From contig CAKULG010000001.1 in NCBI GenBank assembly GCA_934667105.1, positions 19,224 through 83,223 of the forward strand: a stretch of 64,000 nucleotides of DNA, read 5' to 3'. The notes under the pieces are model-generated. The model was not told where the DNA came from, ran no database searches, and was given only the letters and a program-made list of their open reading frames with translations. The position numbers and the translations under genes are program-made. Origin of the DNA: an uncultured Clostridia bacterium (GTDB lineage: Bacteria > Bacillota > Clostridia > Christensenellales > Aristaeellaceae). Shown in pieces: positions 38,335 to 46,388 of this stretch (position 1 is the first letter of the stretch; every line of letters begins with the position of its first letter).

Positions 38335-38441
38335 GCCCGCGCAAGGAAAGCCCTGGCCGGGTATTATTTTTTCACTGTTCTCCCTTCCACAGAAAGCAAA
38401 TAAACATGCAAACGAATGCATAGAAAGCGGAGCGAGGTACA

Positions 38442-39764
38442 TTGGATAAGCAAGCGCTATGGGAGCAAGCCTGCGCAATCATGCGCGCGGAAATGACGCA
38501 AGTAACCTTCGATACCTGGATCAAGGCGGCCCTTCGGCCCCTGGGCTTTTCCGGCGATCAGTTTTTTATCGAGGCGGTGACGGATTTCTATCATCAATTC
38601 GTGGTTCCGCGCTATGCCGTGCTCATCAGCAATTCGCTTTCCCAGGCGGCGGGCAAGCCCATCAAGGCGCAGCTGCTCACCCCCGCCCAGGCGGATGAAT
38701 ATCGGGAGGGCGTAACGCCGGAGGATAAGCCTGCCCCCGCTTCTTCGCTGAATCCCAAATACACCTTCGACACCTTCGTGGTGGGCAATAACAATCGCTT
38801 CGCCCACGCGGCGGCGCTGGCGGTGGCGGAATCCCCCGCCGACGCATATAACCCCCTGTTCATTTACGGCGGCGTGGGCCTGGGCAAAACGCATCTGATG
38901 CACGCCATCGGCCATTACATGCTTTCCCAGAAGCCCACCATGCGGGTGAAATACGTCACCTGCGAGCTGTTCATGAATGAAATGGTGAACTCCCTCAATA
39001 AAAAAACGCAGACAGAATTCCGCGAAAAATACCGGAACATCGACGTGCTGATGGTGGACGATATTCAGTTCCTCACCGGCAAGGTGGGCACCCAGGAGGA
39101 ATTTTTTCACACCTTTAACGCCCTGCACACCGCGGGCAAGCAGATCATTCTTTCCTCGGATAAGCCGCCCAAGGAAATCGCCAAGCTGGAGGAGCGGCTG
39201 CGCAGCCGCTTCGAATGGGGCCTGATCGCCGATATCGCCAAGCCCGATTTGGAAACCCGGGTGGCCATCCTGCAAAAGAAGGCGGAGGACGAGCTGCTGC
39301 ATGTGGACGGCGAGGTGCTGGAAATGATCGCCGAGCGGGTGGCCAGCAATATCCGCGAATTGGAGGGCTGCCTGACCCGCCTGGTGGCCTATTCCTCCCT
39401 CACCGGACGGCCCATCGACCGGGCGCTGGCCGAGGAGGCGCTCAAGGAGGTTTTCGCCCGCAGCGAGCCGCGCCATGTCACCTGCGACGATGTGATGGAG
39501 GCGGTGGCAACCTATTATAACGTTACCGTGGACGATCTCAAGGGCCCCCGCCGCAGCCGCGATGTGGCCGTTCCCCGGCAAATCGCCATGTACATCGCCC
39601 GGGAGGTGGTGGGCGCGCCGCTGACCATGATCGGCGATTGCTTCGGCGGCCGCGATCATTCCACCGTGAATCATGCTTGCCAGAAAGTGACCCAGGAGGT
39701 GAAAACCTCGCCCACGCTTAACAACCTGGTCAGCGATCTGTGCCAGCAATTGCAGGAAAGGTAA
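38442..39764 (+). CDS. dnaA: chromosomal replication initiator protein DnaA
   Basis: 440 aa with AAA+ Walker A (GGVGLGKTHLMHA), LMVDDIQFL, and the C-terminal DNA-binding domain (IAMYIAREVVGAPLTMIGDCFGGRDHSTVNHA). TTG start as given by the ORF track. Confidence 0.95.
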   Translation: MDKQALWEQACAIMRAEMTQVTFDTWIKAALRPLGFSGDQFFIEAVTDFYHQFVVPRYAVLISNSLSQAAGKPIKAQLLTPAQADEYREGVTPEDKPAPASSLNPKYTFDTFVVGNNNRFAHAAALAVAESPADAYNPLFIYGGVGLGKTHLMHAIGHYMLSQKPTMRVKYVTCELFMNEMVNSLNKKTQTEFREKYRNIDVLMVDDIQFLTGKVGTQEEFFHTFNALHTAGKQIILSSDKPPKEIAKLEERLRSRFEWGLIADIAKPDLETRVAILQKKAEDELLHVDGEVLEMIAERVASNIRELEGCLTRLVAYSSLTGRPIDRALAEEALKEVFARSEPRHVTCDDVMEAVATYYNVTVDDLKGPRRSRDVAVPRQIAMYIAREVVGAPLTMIGDCFGGRDHSTVNHACQKVTQEVKTSPTLNNLVSDLCQQLQER

Positions 39765-39785
39765 AAGAACGTTTTCTCCTGCTCC

Positions 39786-39995
39786 CCTCTAAGAGAGCCG
39801 GTTAGGCGAATCGGGACGGCGGGAAAGCGGCTTGCTTCTCCGCCAAGGCAGGGATACGCAAGCGTAATTTTGAATAGGTCTTTTCGTTTGCCTTGCGGAG
39901 AAGCAAGATTCCTTTATGACGCTGCATTTATCCATACCGCTTTCTTGAGGAAGCGCGAGGGAGCCTTCTTTGGCCGCCAAAGGAGGCTCCCTCGC
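39786..39995. repeat. two family copies in opposite orientation (copy 8), downstream of dnaA
   Basis: A plus-oriented hairpin-less unit (CTCTAAGAGAGCCGGTTAGG ... GGCTTGCTTCTCCGCC) faces a minus-oriented complete unit (GCGGAGAAGCAAG ... CCGCTTTCTTGAGGAA plus hairpin 39955-39995). Confidence 0.75.
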
Positions 39996-40281
39996 TTATT
40001 ATTTTCTCGTTTTTTCGCCCTCGCCTCATAGCTTTTTGTTGGAGGCGCGTAGCATAATTTGCCGGGAGAGAGGCGAAAAACAAGGAAAATCAAGGGGTTC
40101 AAATATTACTACACCTTGAAACAGAAAGGGAAACTTGTCATGGAAGAAACGGCTATGCTATGCTGATCTCGTTCCAGGAGGAAGCGAAACGGCCCGCCGG
40201 GCAAGGCAAGGCGAAGGGCGTTTTCCCACTTCTCCCGTTTCCCGCCGCGCAAGCGGCAAACACGCCGAAGGAGGTTTTTCC

Positions 40282-41841
40282 ATGAAAAAGCTCGTTTCCC
40301 TGTTTCTGGCGGCTGTGCTGGCGCTGAGCCTGGCCGCGATTCCCAACGTGCTGGCGGAGGATTACGATTTCCAGATCGCCGTGAAGCGCCACGCCATGGA
40401 TAAGAGCGACGGCTACGGCACGAAGCCCGGCGCCATTCTGGCGGAGCAGAACACCGGCCTCAAAATTGATTATTACGAGATGGACGCCAGCGTGGCCACG
40501 GACCGGGTGAATATCATGCTGAACAGCGGCACGCTGCCCGACGCCTTCATCAACACCATCAGCCAGGAGCAGCTCACCCGCAACCTGCCCCTCTTCACCC
40601 CCTTGGATGAATACCTCACCGAGGAAAACTGCCCCCATCTGATGGACGTTTTCGAGCAGTATCCCGAGGTGAAGGCCAGCATCACCCAGACCGACGGCCG
40701 CATTTATTCCCTGCCCACCTGGAAATATGTGAGCAATGAAAACGACGGCGGCGCGATTCAGTTCATCAATAAGGCGTGGCTGGACAAGCTGAGCCTGGAA
40801 ATGCCCACCACCACCGAGGAATTTTACAACGTTTGCAAGGCTGTCAAGGATGGCGACCCCAACGGCAACGGCCTGAAGGATGAGATTCCCGTGCTGTTTA
40901 CCCAGAATAACTGGGCGGCGCATTTCATGTTCCTCATGAGTCCCTGGGGCATCACCGAATGGGTGAACGGCGGCGACGGCTATCTGAAGATCGACGAGGG
41001 GAAAGTGCTCTTCACCCCCACCCTGCCCGAATTCCGCGCGGCGCTGGAATACTGGCATCGCTTCGCGGAGGAAGACCTGCTGGACGTGGAGGGCTTCACC
41101 ATGCTCAACCAGCAGTTCTACGCCCGGCTGAAGAGCTACGTGGGCCTGACCTATTCCGGCTGGACCCCCGCCAATAACTTCGACACCGAAACGGCCCGGG
41201 AGTATGTGGCCCTGCCGCCGCTCACCGCCTCCGATTATCCCGAAATCACCCCCGTGCAGAACGGCCATTGGAACACCTACCGGGGCAACAGCTACGGCTT
41301 CGTTATCACCGCCGCCTGCAAGGATCCCGCCAAGCTGGTGCAGTGGTACGACGCGCAGAACGCCGATACCAAAACCAAGATGACCTGGCGCGCGGGCGAG
41401 GAGGGCCTTCTGTGGGAGATTCAGGACGGCGTGCTCTATGAGCTCTATCCCGAATCCGTCACCGTGGATTTCACCCGCTCCAACATGATCTACACCTACG
41501 GCTGCTCCGAAAACGCGCCCACCTTCCTGCTGCCCACAGAGGTTTCCCAGTATCATGACGACGCGCCCGCCGACGCCACCATGCGCCTGAAGATGGTGGA
41601 GGTGGTGAAGCCCTATCTGCAAAAGGAAATCTTCCCCTCCCGCCCTGTGGAAAGCGCCAAGCTGGAGGAGCGCAACATGATCTATACCGATTTGAAGGCG
41701 TATCTGGATTCCTTCGTGGCGGACTGCGTGGTTTACGGCATTGACGACGCCAAGTGGGAAAAGCATCTCAAGGATTGCCAGGGCTACCATGCGGACGAAT
41801 GGACCCAGTGGTATCAGGATTTCCTGGACGGCAAATTCTAA
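40282..41841 (+). CDS. ABC transporter extracellular solute-binding protein (paralog 1)
   Basis: 519 aa from ATG 40282 behind GAAGGAGG. Signal peptide MKKLVSLFLAAVLALSLAAIPNVLAEDY. Large sugar-type SBP, near-identical to the SBP at 44580-46139. Confidence 0.88.
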   Translation: MKKLVSLFLAAVLALSLAAIPNVLAEDYDFQIAVKRHAMDKSDGYGTKPGAILAEQNTGLKIDYYEMDASVATDRVNIMLNSGTLPDAFINTISQEQLTRNLPLFTPLDEYLTEENCPHLMDVFEQYPEVKASITQTDGRIYSLPTWKYVSNENDGGAIQFINKAWLDKLSLEMPTTTEEFYNVCKAVKDGDPNGNGLKDEIPVLFTQNNWAAHFMFLMSPWGITEWVNGGDGYLKIDEGKVLFTPTLPEFRAALEYWHRFAEEDLLDVEGFTMLNQQFYARLKSYVGLTYSGWTPANNFDTETAREYVALPPLTASDYPEITPVQNGHWNTYRGNSYGFVITAACKDPAKLVQWYDAQNADTKTKMTWRAGEEGLLWEIQDGVLYELYPESVTVDFTRSNMIYTYGCSENAPTFLLPTEVSQYHDDAPADATMRLKMVEVVKPYLQKEIFPSRPVESAKLEERNMIYTDLKAYLDSFVADCVVYGIDDAKWEKHLKDCQGYHADEWTQWYQDFLDGKF

Positions 41842-41864
41842 GCGCGATGCATTAAGGAAATAAT

Positions 41865-42070
41865 GCGGGAGGAGGTTCTTTGTTGGCCAAAGAACCTCCT
41901 CCCGCACCCTCCCAAGAAAGCCGCTTGGGGAGGAGAGGGGGAGGGAAAAATCCGCTTGCTTCTCCCCGGGCAGGTATGGGAGCACTTGTTGGAGCCGCGC
42001 GCTCAAGAAAGCCGATTGGAGAAGAGAAGAAAGTAAGAAGAAAATCATTTGCTTCTCCCCGGGCAGGCAG
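41865..42070 (+). repeat. intergenic hairpin-plus-module repeat, copy 9 (one full and one hairpin-less unit)
   Basis: The hairpin GCGGGAGGAGGTTCTTTGTTGGCCAAAGAACCTCCTCCCGC (41865-41905) lies 24 nt after the SBP stop. It is followed by CCCAAGAAAGCCGCTTGGGG ... GCTTGCTTCTCCCC, and then by a second CAAGAAAGCCGATTGG ... TTTGCTTCTCCCC. Confidence 0.8.
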
Positions 42071-42415
42071 GGGGAGCGCTTGTCGGAACGATCCTCCGGC
42101 GAAGACTGAACGGGTATATAAAAGCAGAATAAAGGAATCGGCGTATTTCATCGTCGAAACAAGCGAAATCCTTTTATTGGATGCAGGGGCGCGCGGGCAA
42201 ACCGCGTTTTTATATAGGAAGAAAGCGCGGGGGAGCGCGCGCCCGTCGCAGGGAAGGGGAAGGGCCTTTTCCTGTGAAACATCCGTGAAACAGGCCAAAT
42301 ACGGCCTGAATGTAGCATTTTTTCAAAGGAAATGTAGCATATTTTGCTTTTGAACGGGAAATTTCCGCCCTGCGCGGCCACAAATCATGCTACCCCTTTC
42401 GCCGGATAAAGAAAC

Positions 42416-42444
42416 TTGCCATTTCCCTGCCGATATGGTATGCT
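42416..42444 (+). promoter_or_regulatory. putative promoter of the permease-permease-SBP operon
   Basis: TTGCCA, 17-bp spacer, TG-n-TATGCT (extended -10). It lies about 175 nt upstream of ATG 42618. Confidence 0.4.
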
Positions 42445-42617
42445 TTAAACACAAAAGGGAAGGAATGAAAGCAAACGGCGCTTTTCTTCTGTGCAGCTTC
42501 ACCGAAGGAACGCGGCTTCCTTTTCTTTTTTCCATTTTCCCGCCGGAGCGCGTCCGGGGCCTCGCCCGCCGCGCGTTCGCACCGATTGATAATTACACAA
42601 CGAAGGGAAGGAATTCT

Positions 42618-43574
42618 ATGCAAAACGCCCCGGCCCGGACGCTGCCGCGCAATGATCGCCAGCGCCGCCGTCATCTGATCCTCAAGCAGATGAAGGCCAA
42701 TTACTTCCTCTATATTTTCCTGCTTCCCGCCACGGTGTATCTGGCCCTGTTCGCCTATTGGCCGCTGTACGGCATTCAGATCGCCTTCAAGGATTTCTTC
42801 GCCTTCAAGGGCATCGAGGGCAGCCCCTGGGTGGGCCTGAAGCATTTCCGGAATTTCTTCAATTCCCCCCGCTTTTCCATGCTGCTGAGCAACACGCTGA
42901 CCATCAGCTTCTACAGCCTGCTGGCGGGCTTCCCCATGCCCATCATCCTGGCGCTGCTGCTGAATTACACCCCCAAGCAGGGCCTCAAGCGCTTCGCGCA
43001 GACGGCCTCCTACGCCCCGCATTTCATCTCCATCGTGGTGCTGGCGGGCATGCTGAACGTGTTCCTTTCTCCCCGCAGCGGCTTTATCAACACGCTGCTG
43101 GGCTATCTGGGCCGGGATCCGTTCTTCTTTATGGGCTCGCCCTCCGCGTTTAAGCATGTGTACGTCTGGTCCGGCGTGTGGCAGAGCACGGGCTGGTCCT
43201 CCATCATTTATCTGGCCGCCCTCTCCGGCGTGAGCCCCGAGCTGCACGAGGCCGCCATCATCGACGGCGCGAACAAATTGCAGCGCATCTGGAATATCGA
43301 TATTCCCACCATCATGCCCACCATGGTGATCCTGCTGGTGATGAACTTCGGCTCCATTATGAACGTGGGCTATGAAAAGGCCTTCCTGCTGCAAAACAGC
43401 CTGAACATGACCGCCTCCGAAATCATTTCCACCTATACCTACAAGGTGGGCCTGCAGGACTCGCAGTACAGCTATTCCACCGCCATCGGCCTGTTCAACA
43501 ATGTGATTAACTTTGTGATGCTGGTGTTGGTGAACAAGGCCGCCAAGGTGCTCTCGGGCAGCAGCCTGTGGTGA
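42618..43574 (+). CDS. carbohydrate ABC transporter permease (MalF/LplB-like)
   Basis: EAA loop EAAIIDGANKLQRIWNIDIPTIMP. Paralog of the 12208-13209 gene. Start at ATG 42618 behind GAAGGGAAGGAA; the ORF-track start at 42387 is rejected. Confidence 0.85.
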   Translation: MQNAPARTLPRNDRQRRRHLILKQMKANYFLYIFLLPATVYLALFAYWPLYGIQIAFKDFFAFKGIEGSPWVGLKHFRNFFNSPRFSMLLSNTLTISFYSLLAGFPMPIILALLLNYTPKQGLKRFAQTASYAPHFISIVVLAGMLNVFLSPRSGFINTLLGYLGRDPFFFMGSPSAFKHVYVWSGVWQSTGWSSIIYLAALSGVSPELHEAAIIDGANKLQRIWNIDIPTIMPTMVILLVMNFGSIMNVGYEKAFLLQNSLNMTASEIISTYTYKVGLQDSQYSYSTAIGLFNNVINFVMLVLVNKAAKVLSGSSLW

Positions 43575-43592
43575 GGAAGGAGAAGGACGAAC

Positions 43593-44516
43593 ATGAGCAT
43601 TTCGGGCGTTAAGCACAGCAAAAAAATCCATGAAACCCGGGTGGACCGGGTGTTCAACGGGGTCGTATACTTCCTGATTATCCTGCTGCTGATTATCTTC
43701 ATTTATCCGCTGTGGTTCGTGCTGATGGCCTCGGTGAGCGATCCCGCCTACGTCAATTCCGGCACGCCGCTGCTCTGGCCGATGGGCTTTACCACCATGG
43801 GCTATAACCGGGTGTTCGCGGATAACCGCATCTGGATCGGCTATGCCAACACCATCCTCTACGCGGGCCTGGGCATGGTGGTGTCCACCATGGTGCAGGT
43901 GATGGCGGGCTATTCCCTCTCCCGCCGCGATCTGCCCGGCCGGAGCATCTTCATGGGCCTGTTCGTGTTCACCATGTATTTCGGCGGCGGCCTGATCCCC
44001 TTCTATCTGGTGGTGAAGCAGCTGAACCTGGTGAACAGCAGGATTCTGATGATTATCCTGGGTTGCTCCTCGGTGTATAACATCATTATCGCCCGCTCCT
44101 TCTTCACAAGTTCCCTGCCGGTGGAATTGTACGAGGCGGCCTCCATCGACGGCTGCACCAATCAGCGCTATTTCTTCTCCATCGTGCTGCCCCTGTCCAA
44201 GGCCATCATCGCGGTGATCGCGCTGTACGCCCTGGTGGCGCAATGGAACTCCTATTTCAACGCCATGATCTTCCTCACCGACCGGAACAAGTATCCCCTG
44301 CAATTGTATCTGCGGGAGATTCTGCTGGCCGCCAAGACCTACGAGGACGTCTCCATGGTGGGCGGCGATGTGGAGGCGGCCGCCCAGATGGAGAAGATGG
44401 GCGAGGTCATCAAATACGGCGTCATCGTGGTTTCCACGCTGCCGGTGATCGTGGTGTATCCCTTCCTGCAAAAGTATTTCGTTCAGGGCGTGATGATCGG
44501 CTCCCTCAAGGGCTGA
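43593..44516 (+). CDS. carbohydrate ABC transporter permease (MalG/LplC-like)
   Basis: EAA loop EAASIDGCTNQRYFFSIVLPLSKA. Paralog of the 11252-12187 gene. Confidence 0.88.
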   Translation: MSISGVKHSKKIHETRVDRVFNGVVYFLIILLLIIFIYPLWFVLMASVSDPAYVNSGTPLLWPMGFTTMGYNRVFADNRIWIGYANTILYAGLGMVVSTMVQVMAGYSLSRRDLPGRSIFMGLFVFTMYFGGGLIPFYLVVKQLNLVNSRILMIILGCSSVYNIIIARSFFTSSLPVELYEAASIDGCTNQRYFFSIVLPLSKAIIAVIALYALVAQWNSYFNAMIFLTDRNKYPLQLYLREILLAAKTYEDVSMVGGDVEAAAQMEKMGEVIKYGVIVVSTLPVIVVYPFLQKYFVQGVMIGSLKG

Positions 44517-44579
44517 CGCGCCCCCAGGCGTCGATATTCGCCGCGGACGCGGTGAAAATAAAAAAGGAGGAAACCCCGA

Positions 44580-46139
44580 ATGAAGAAGCTTATTTCCCTG
44601 TTCCTGGTTGCGGTGTTGGCGCTGAGCCTGGCCGCGATCCCCAACGTGCTGGCCGAGGATTACGAATTCACCATCGTCGTGCAGCGCCATGCCCTGGATA
44701 AGAGCGACGGCTACGCCACCAAGCCCGGCGCCATCCTGGCGGAAAAGAACACCGGCATCAAGATTTACTACGACGAGTTGGAAGCCAGCACCGTGAACGA
44801 TAAGGTGGGTATCTATCTGGCCACCGGCGCGCTGCCCGACGCCTTCATCAACACCGTCAGCCAGAATCAGCTCACCCGCAACCTGCCCCTCTTCGTCGCC
44901 CTGGACGAATACCTCACCGAGGAAAATTGCCCCCATGTGATGGATATCTTCGAGCAGTATCCCAACGTGAAGGAAAACCTCACCCAGACCGACGGCCACA
45001 TCTACTCCCTGCCCACTTCCATGTATGTGAGCCCCGAGGATGACGGCAACTCCATCCAGTTCATCAACAAGGCCTGGCTGGATAAGCTGAACCTGGAAAT
45101 GCCCAAGACCACCGAGGAATTCTACAACGTCTGCAAGGCCGTCAAGGAAGGCGATCCCAACGGCAACGGCCAGGCGGATGAAATCCCCGTGCTGTTCACC
45201 CAGAATAACTGGGCGGCCCACTTCATGTTCTTCATGCATCCCTGGGGCATCACCGAGCTGGTGAACGGCGGCGACGGCTATCTGGCCATCAAGGACAACC
45301 AGGTCGTCTTCACCCCCACCCTGCCCGAATTCCGCGCCGGCCTGGAATATTGGCATCGCTTCGCGGTGGAAGGCCTGCTGGATGTGGAGGGCTTCACCAT
45401 GACCAACCAGCAGTTCTACGCCCGCCTGAAGGAATATGTGGGCCTGACCTACCGCGGCTGGACCCCCGCTTCCAACTTCGATTCTGAAAAGGCCAAGGAA
45501 TTCGTGGCGCTGGAGCCCCTCCAGGCCTCCGATTATCCCGAAATCAAGCCCGTGCAGCCCGGCTATGACGGCTACTATCGCGCCAACAGCTACGGCTTCG
45601 CCATCACCGCCGCCTGCAAGGATCCCGCCAAGCTGGTGCAGTGGTACGATGCGCAGAACGCCGATACCAGGACCAAGATGACCTGGCGCCTGGGCGAGGA
45701 AGGCATCCTGTGGGAGCTGCAGGACGGCGTGGTTTACGAGCTGTGGCCGGAATCCGTCACCGTGGACTTCACTCGTGAAAACATGAAGTACACCTACGGC
45801 TCCTACGGCAACGCCCCCGCCTTCACCCTGCCCACCGAAGTGGCCCAGTATCATGACGACGCGCCCGCCGACGCCACCGTGCGCCGCAAGCTGGTAGAGG
45901 TTGTGAAGCCCTATATCCAGAACGTCATGTTCCCCCAGCGCCCTGTGGACAGCGCCAAGCTGGAAGAGCGCAACATGATCTATACCGACCTGAAGGCCTA
46001 TCTGGATTCCTTCGTGGCGGATTGCGTGGTCAACGGCATCGACGACGCCAAGTGGGAAAAGCACCTGAAGGATTGCCAGGGCTACCGGGCCGAGGAATGG
46101 ACCCAGTGGTATCAGGATTACCTGGACGGCAAATTCTAA
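44580..46139 (+). CDS. ABC transporter extracellular solute-binding protein (paralog 2)
   Basis: 519 aa. AAGGAGGAAACCCCGA RBS. Same length as the 40282-41841 product and collinear with it. Confidence 0.9.
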   Translation: MKKLISLFLVAVLALSLAAIPNVLAEDYEFTIVVQRHALDKSDGYATKPGAILAEKNTGIKIYYDELEASTVNDKVGIYLATGALPDAFINTVSQNQLTRNLPLFVALDEYLTEENCPHVMDIFEQYPNVKENLTQTDGHIYSLPTSMYVSPEDDGNSIQFINKAWLDKLNLEMPKTTEEFYNVCKAVKEGDPNGNGQADEIPVLFTQNNWAAHFMFFMHPWGITELVNGGDGYLAIKDNQVVFTPTLPEFRAGLEYWHRFAVEGLLDVEGFTMTNQQFYARLKEYVGLTYRGWTPASNFDSEKAKEFVALEPLQASDYPEIKPVQPGYDGYYRANSYGFAITAACKDPAKLVQWYDAQNADTRTKMTWRLGEEGILWELQDGVVYELWPESVTVDFTRENMKYTYGSYGNAPAFTLPTEVAQYHDDAPADATVRRKLVEVVKPYIQNVMFPQRPVDSAKLEERNMIYTDLKAYLDSFVADCVVNGIDDAKWEKHLKDCQGYRAEEWTQWYQDYLDGKF

Positions 46140-46188
46140 GGAATACGAAAAGCGCCTTTTGTGAAAAAAAGCGAAATTCCGTTTGCTC

Positions 46189-46218
46189 TTGACAACAAAG
46201 GGTGCAATCGGGTATCAT
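46189..46218 (+). promoter_or_regulatory. near-consensus sigma-A promoter upstream of the AraC-type regulator
   Basis: TTGACA, 18-bp spacer, TATCAT. Followed within about 5 nt by the hairpin GCCAGGCGGG...CCCGCCTGGC (46223-46253). Confidence 0.55.
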
Positions 46219-46388
46219 GAAGGCCAGGCGGGGAGAATTTCTTCCCGCCTGGCTGCGGCGTTTTCTGAATGACGCGGGGGCTGCGGCGCTATTCTCAAAT
46301 TAGCATATACAAATTCGCGGCGCGGATTGGATATTTTAATTTGAGCATAGGCTGCGCGCGCGGCGTTTTAATATCGAGGGGGCATATC

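Larger units (their letters stand above)
38051..38441. other. oriC-like region upstream of dnaA (AT-rich block plus DnaA boxes)
   Basis: A strongly AT-rich stretch at 38051-38135 stands out in an otherwise GC-rich window. There are two perfect and one near-perfect DnaA boxes, and the region lies between divergent parAB and dnaA. Confidence 0.7.

Noticed and set aside
40135-40281. Upstream extension of SBP1 to 568 aa, and similar extensions of the 42387, 46269, 24031 (to 25554), 29806, 30656, 53391 and 56846 ORFs
   Set aside because: In each case an internal ATG or GTG preceded by a GGAGG-type RBS coincides with the start of homology, a signal peptide or the family N-terminus. The extensions run through repeats, terminators or neighbouring genes.
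42390-46064. 1224-aa ORF on the minus strand spanning four plus-strand genes
   Set aside because: It is exactly antisense to two permeases and an SBP that have clear family motifs, RBSs and EAA loops. Its translation is low-complexity (rich in G, H, A, V, D, Q) with no motifs. It crosses intergenic spacers without regard to gene boundaries. This is a typical stop-codon-poor shadow frame in GC3-rich DNA.
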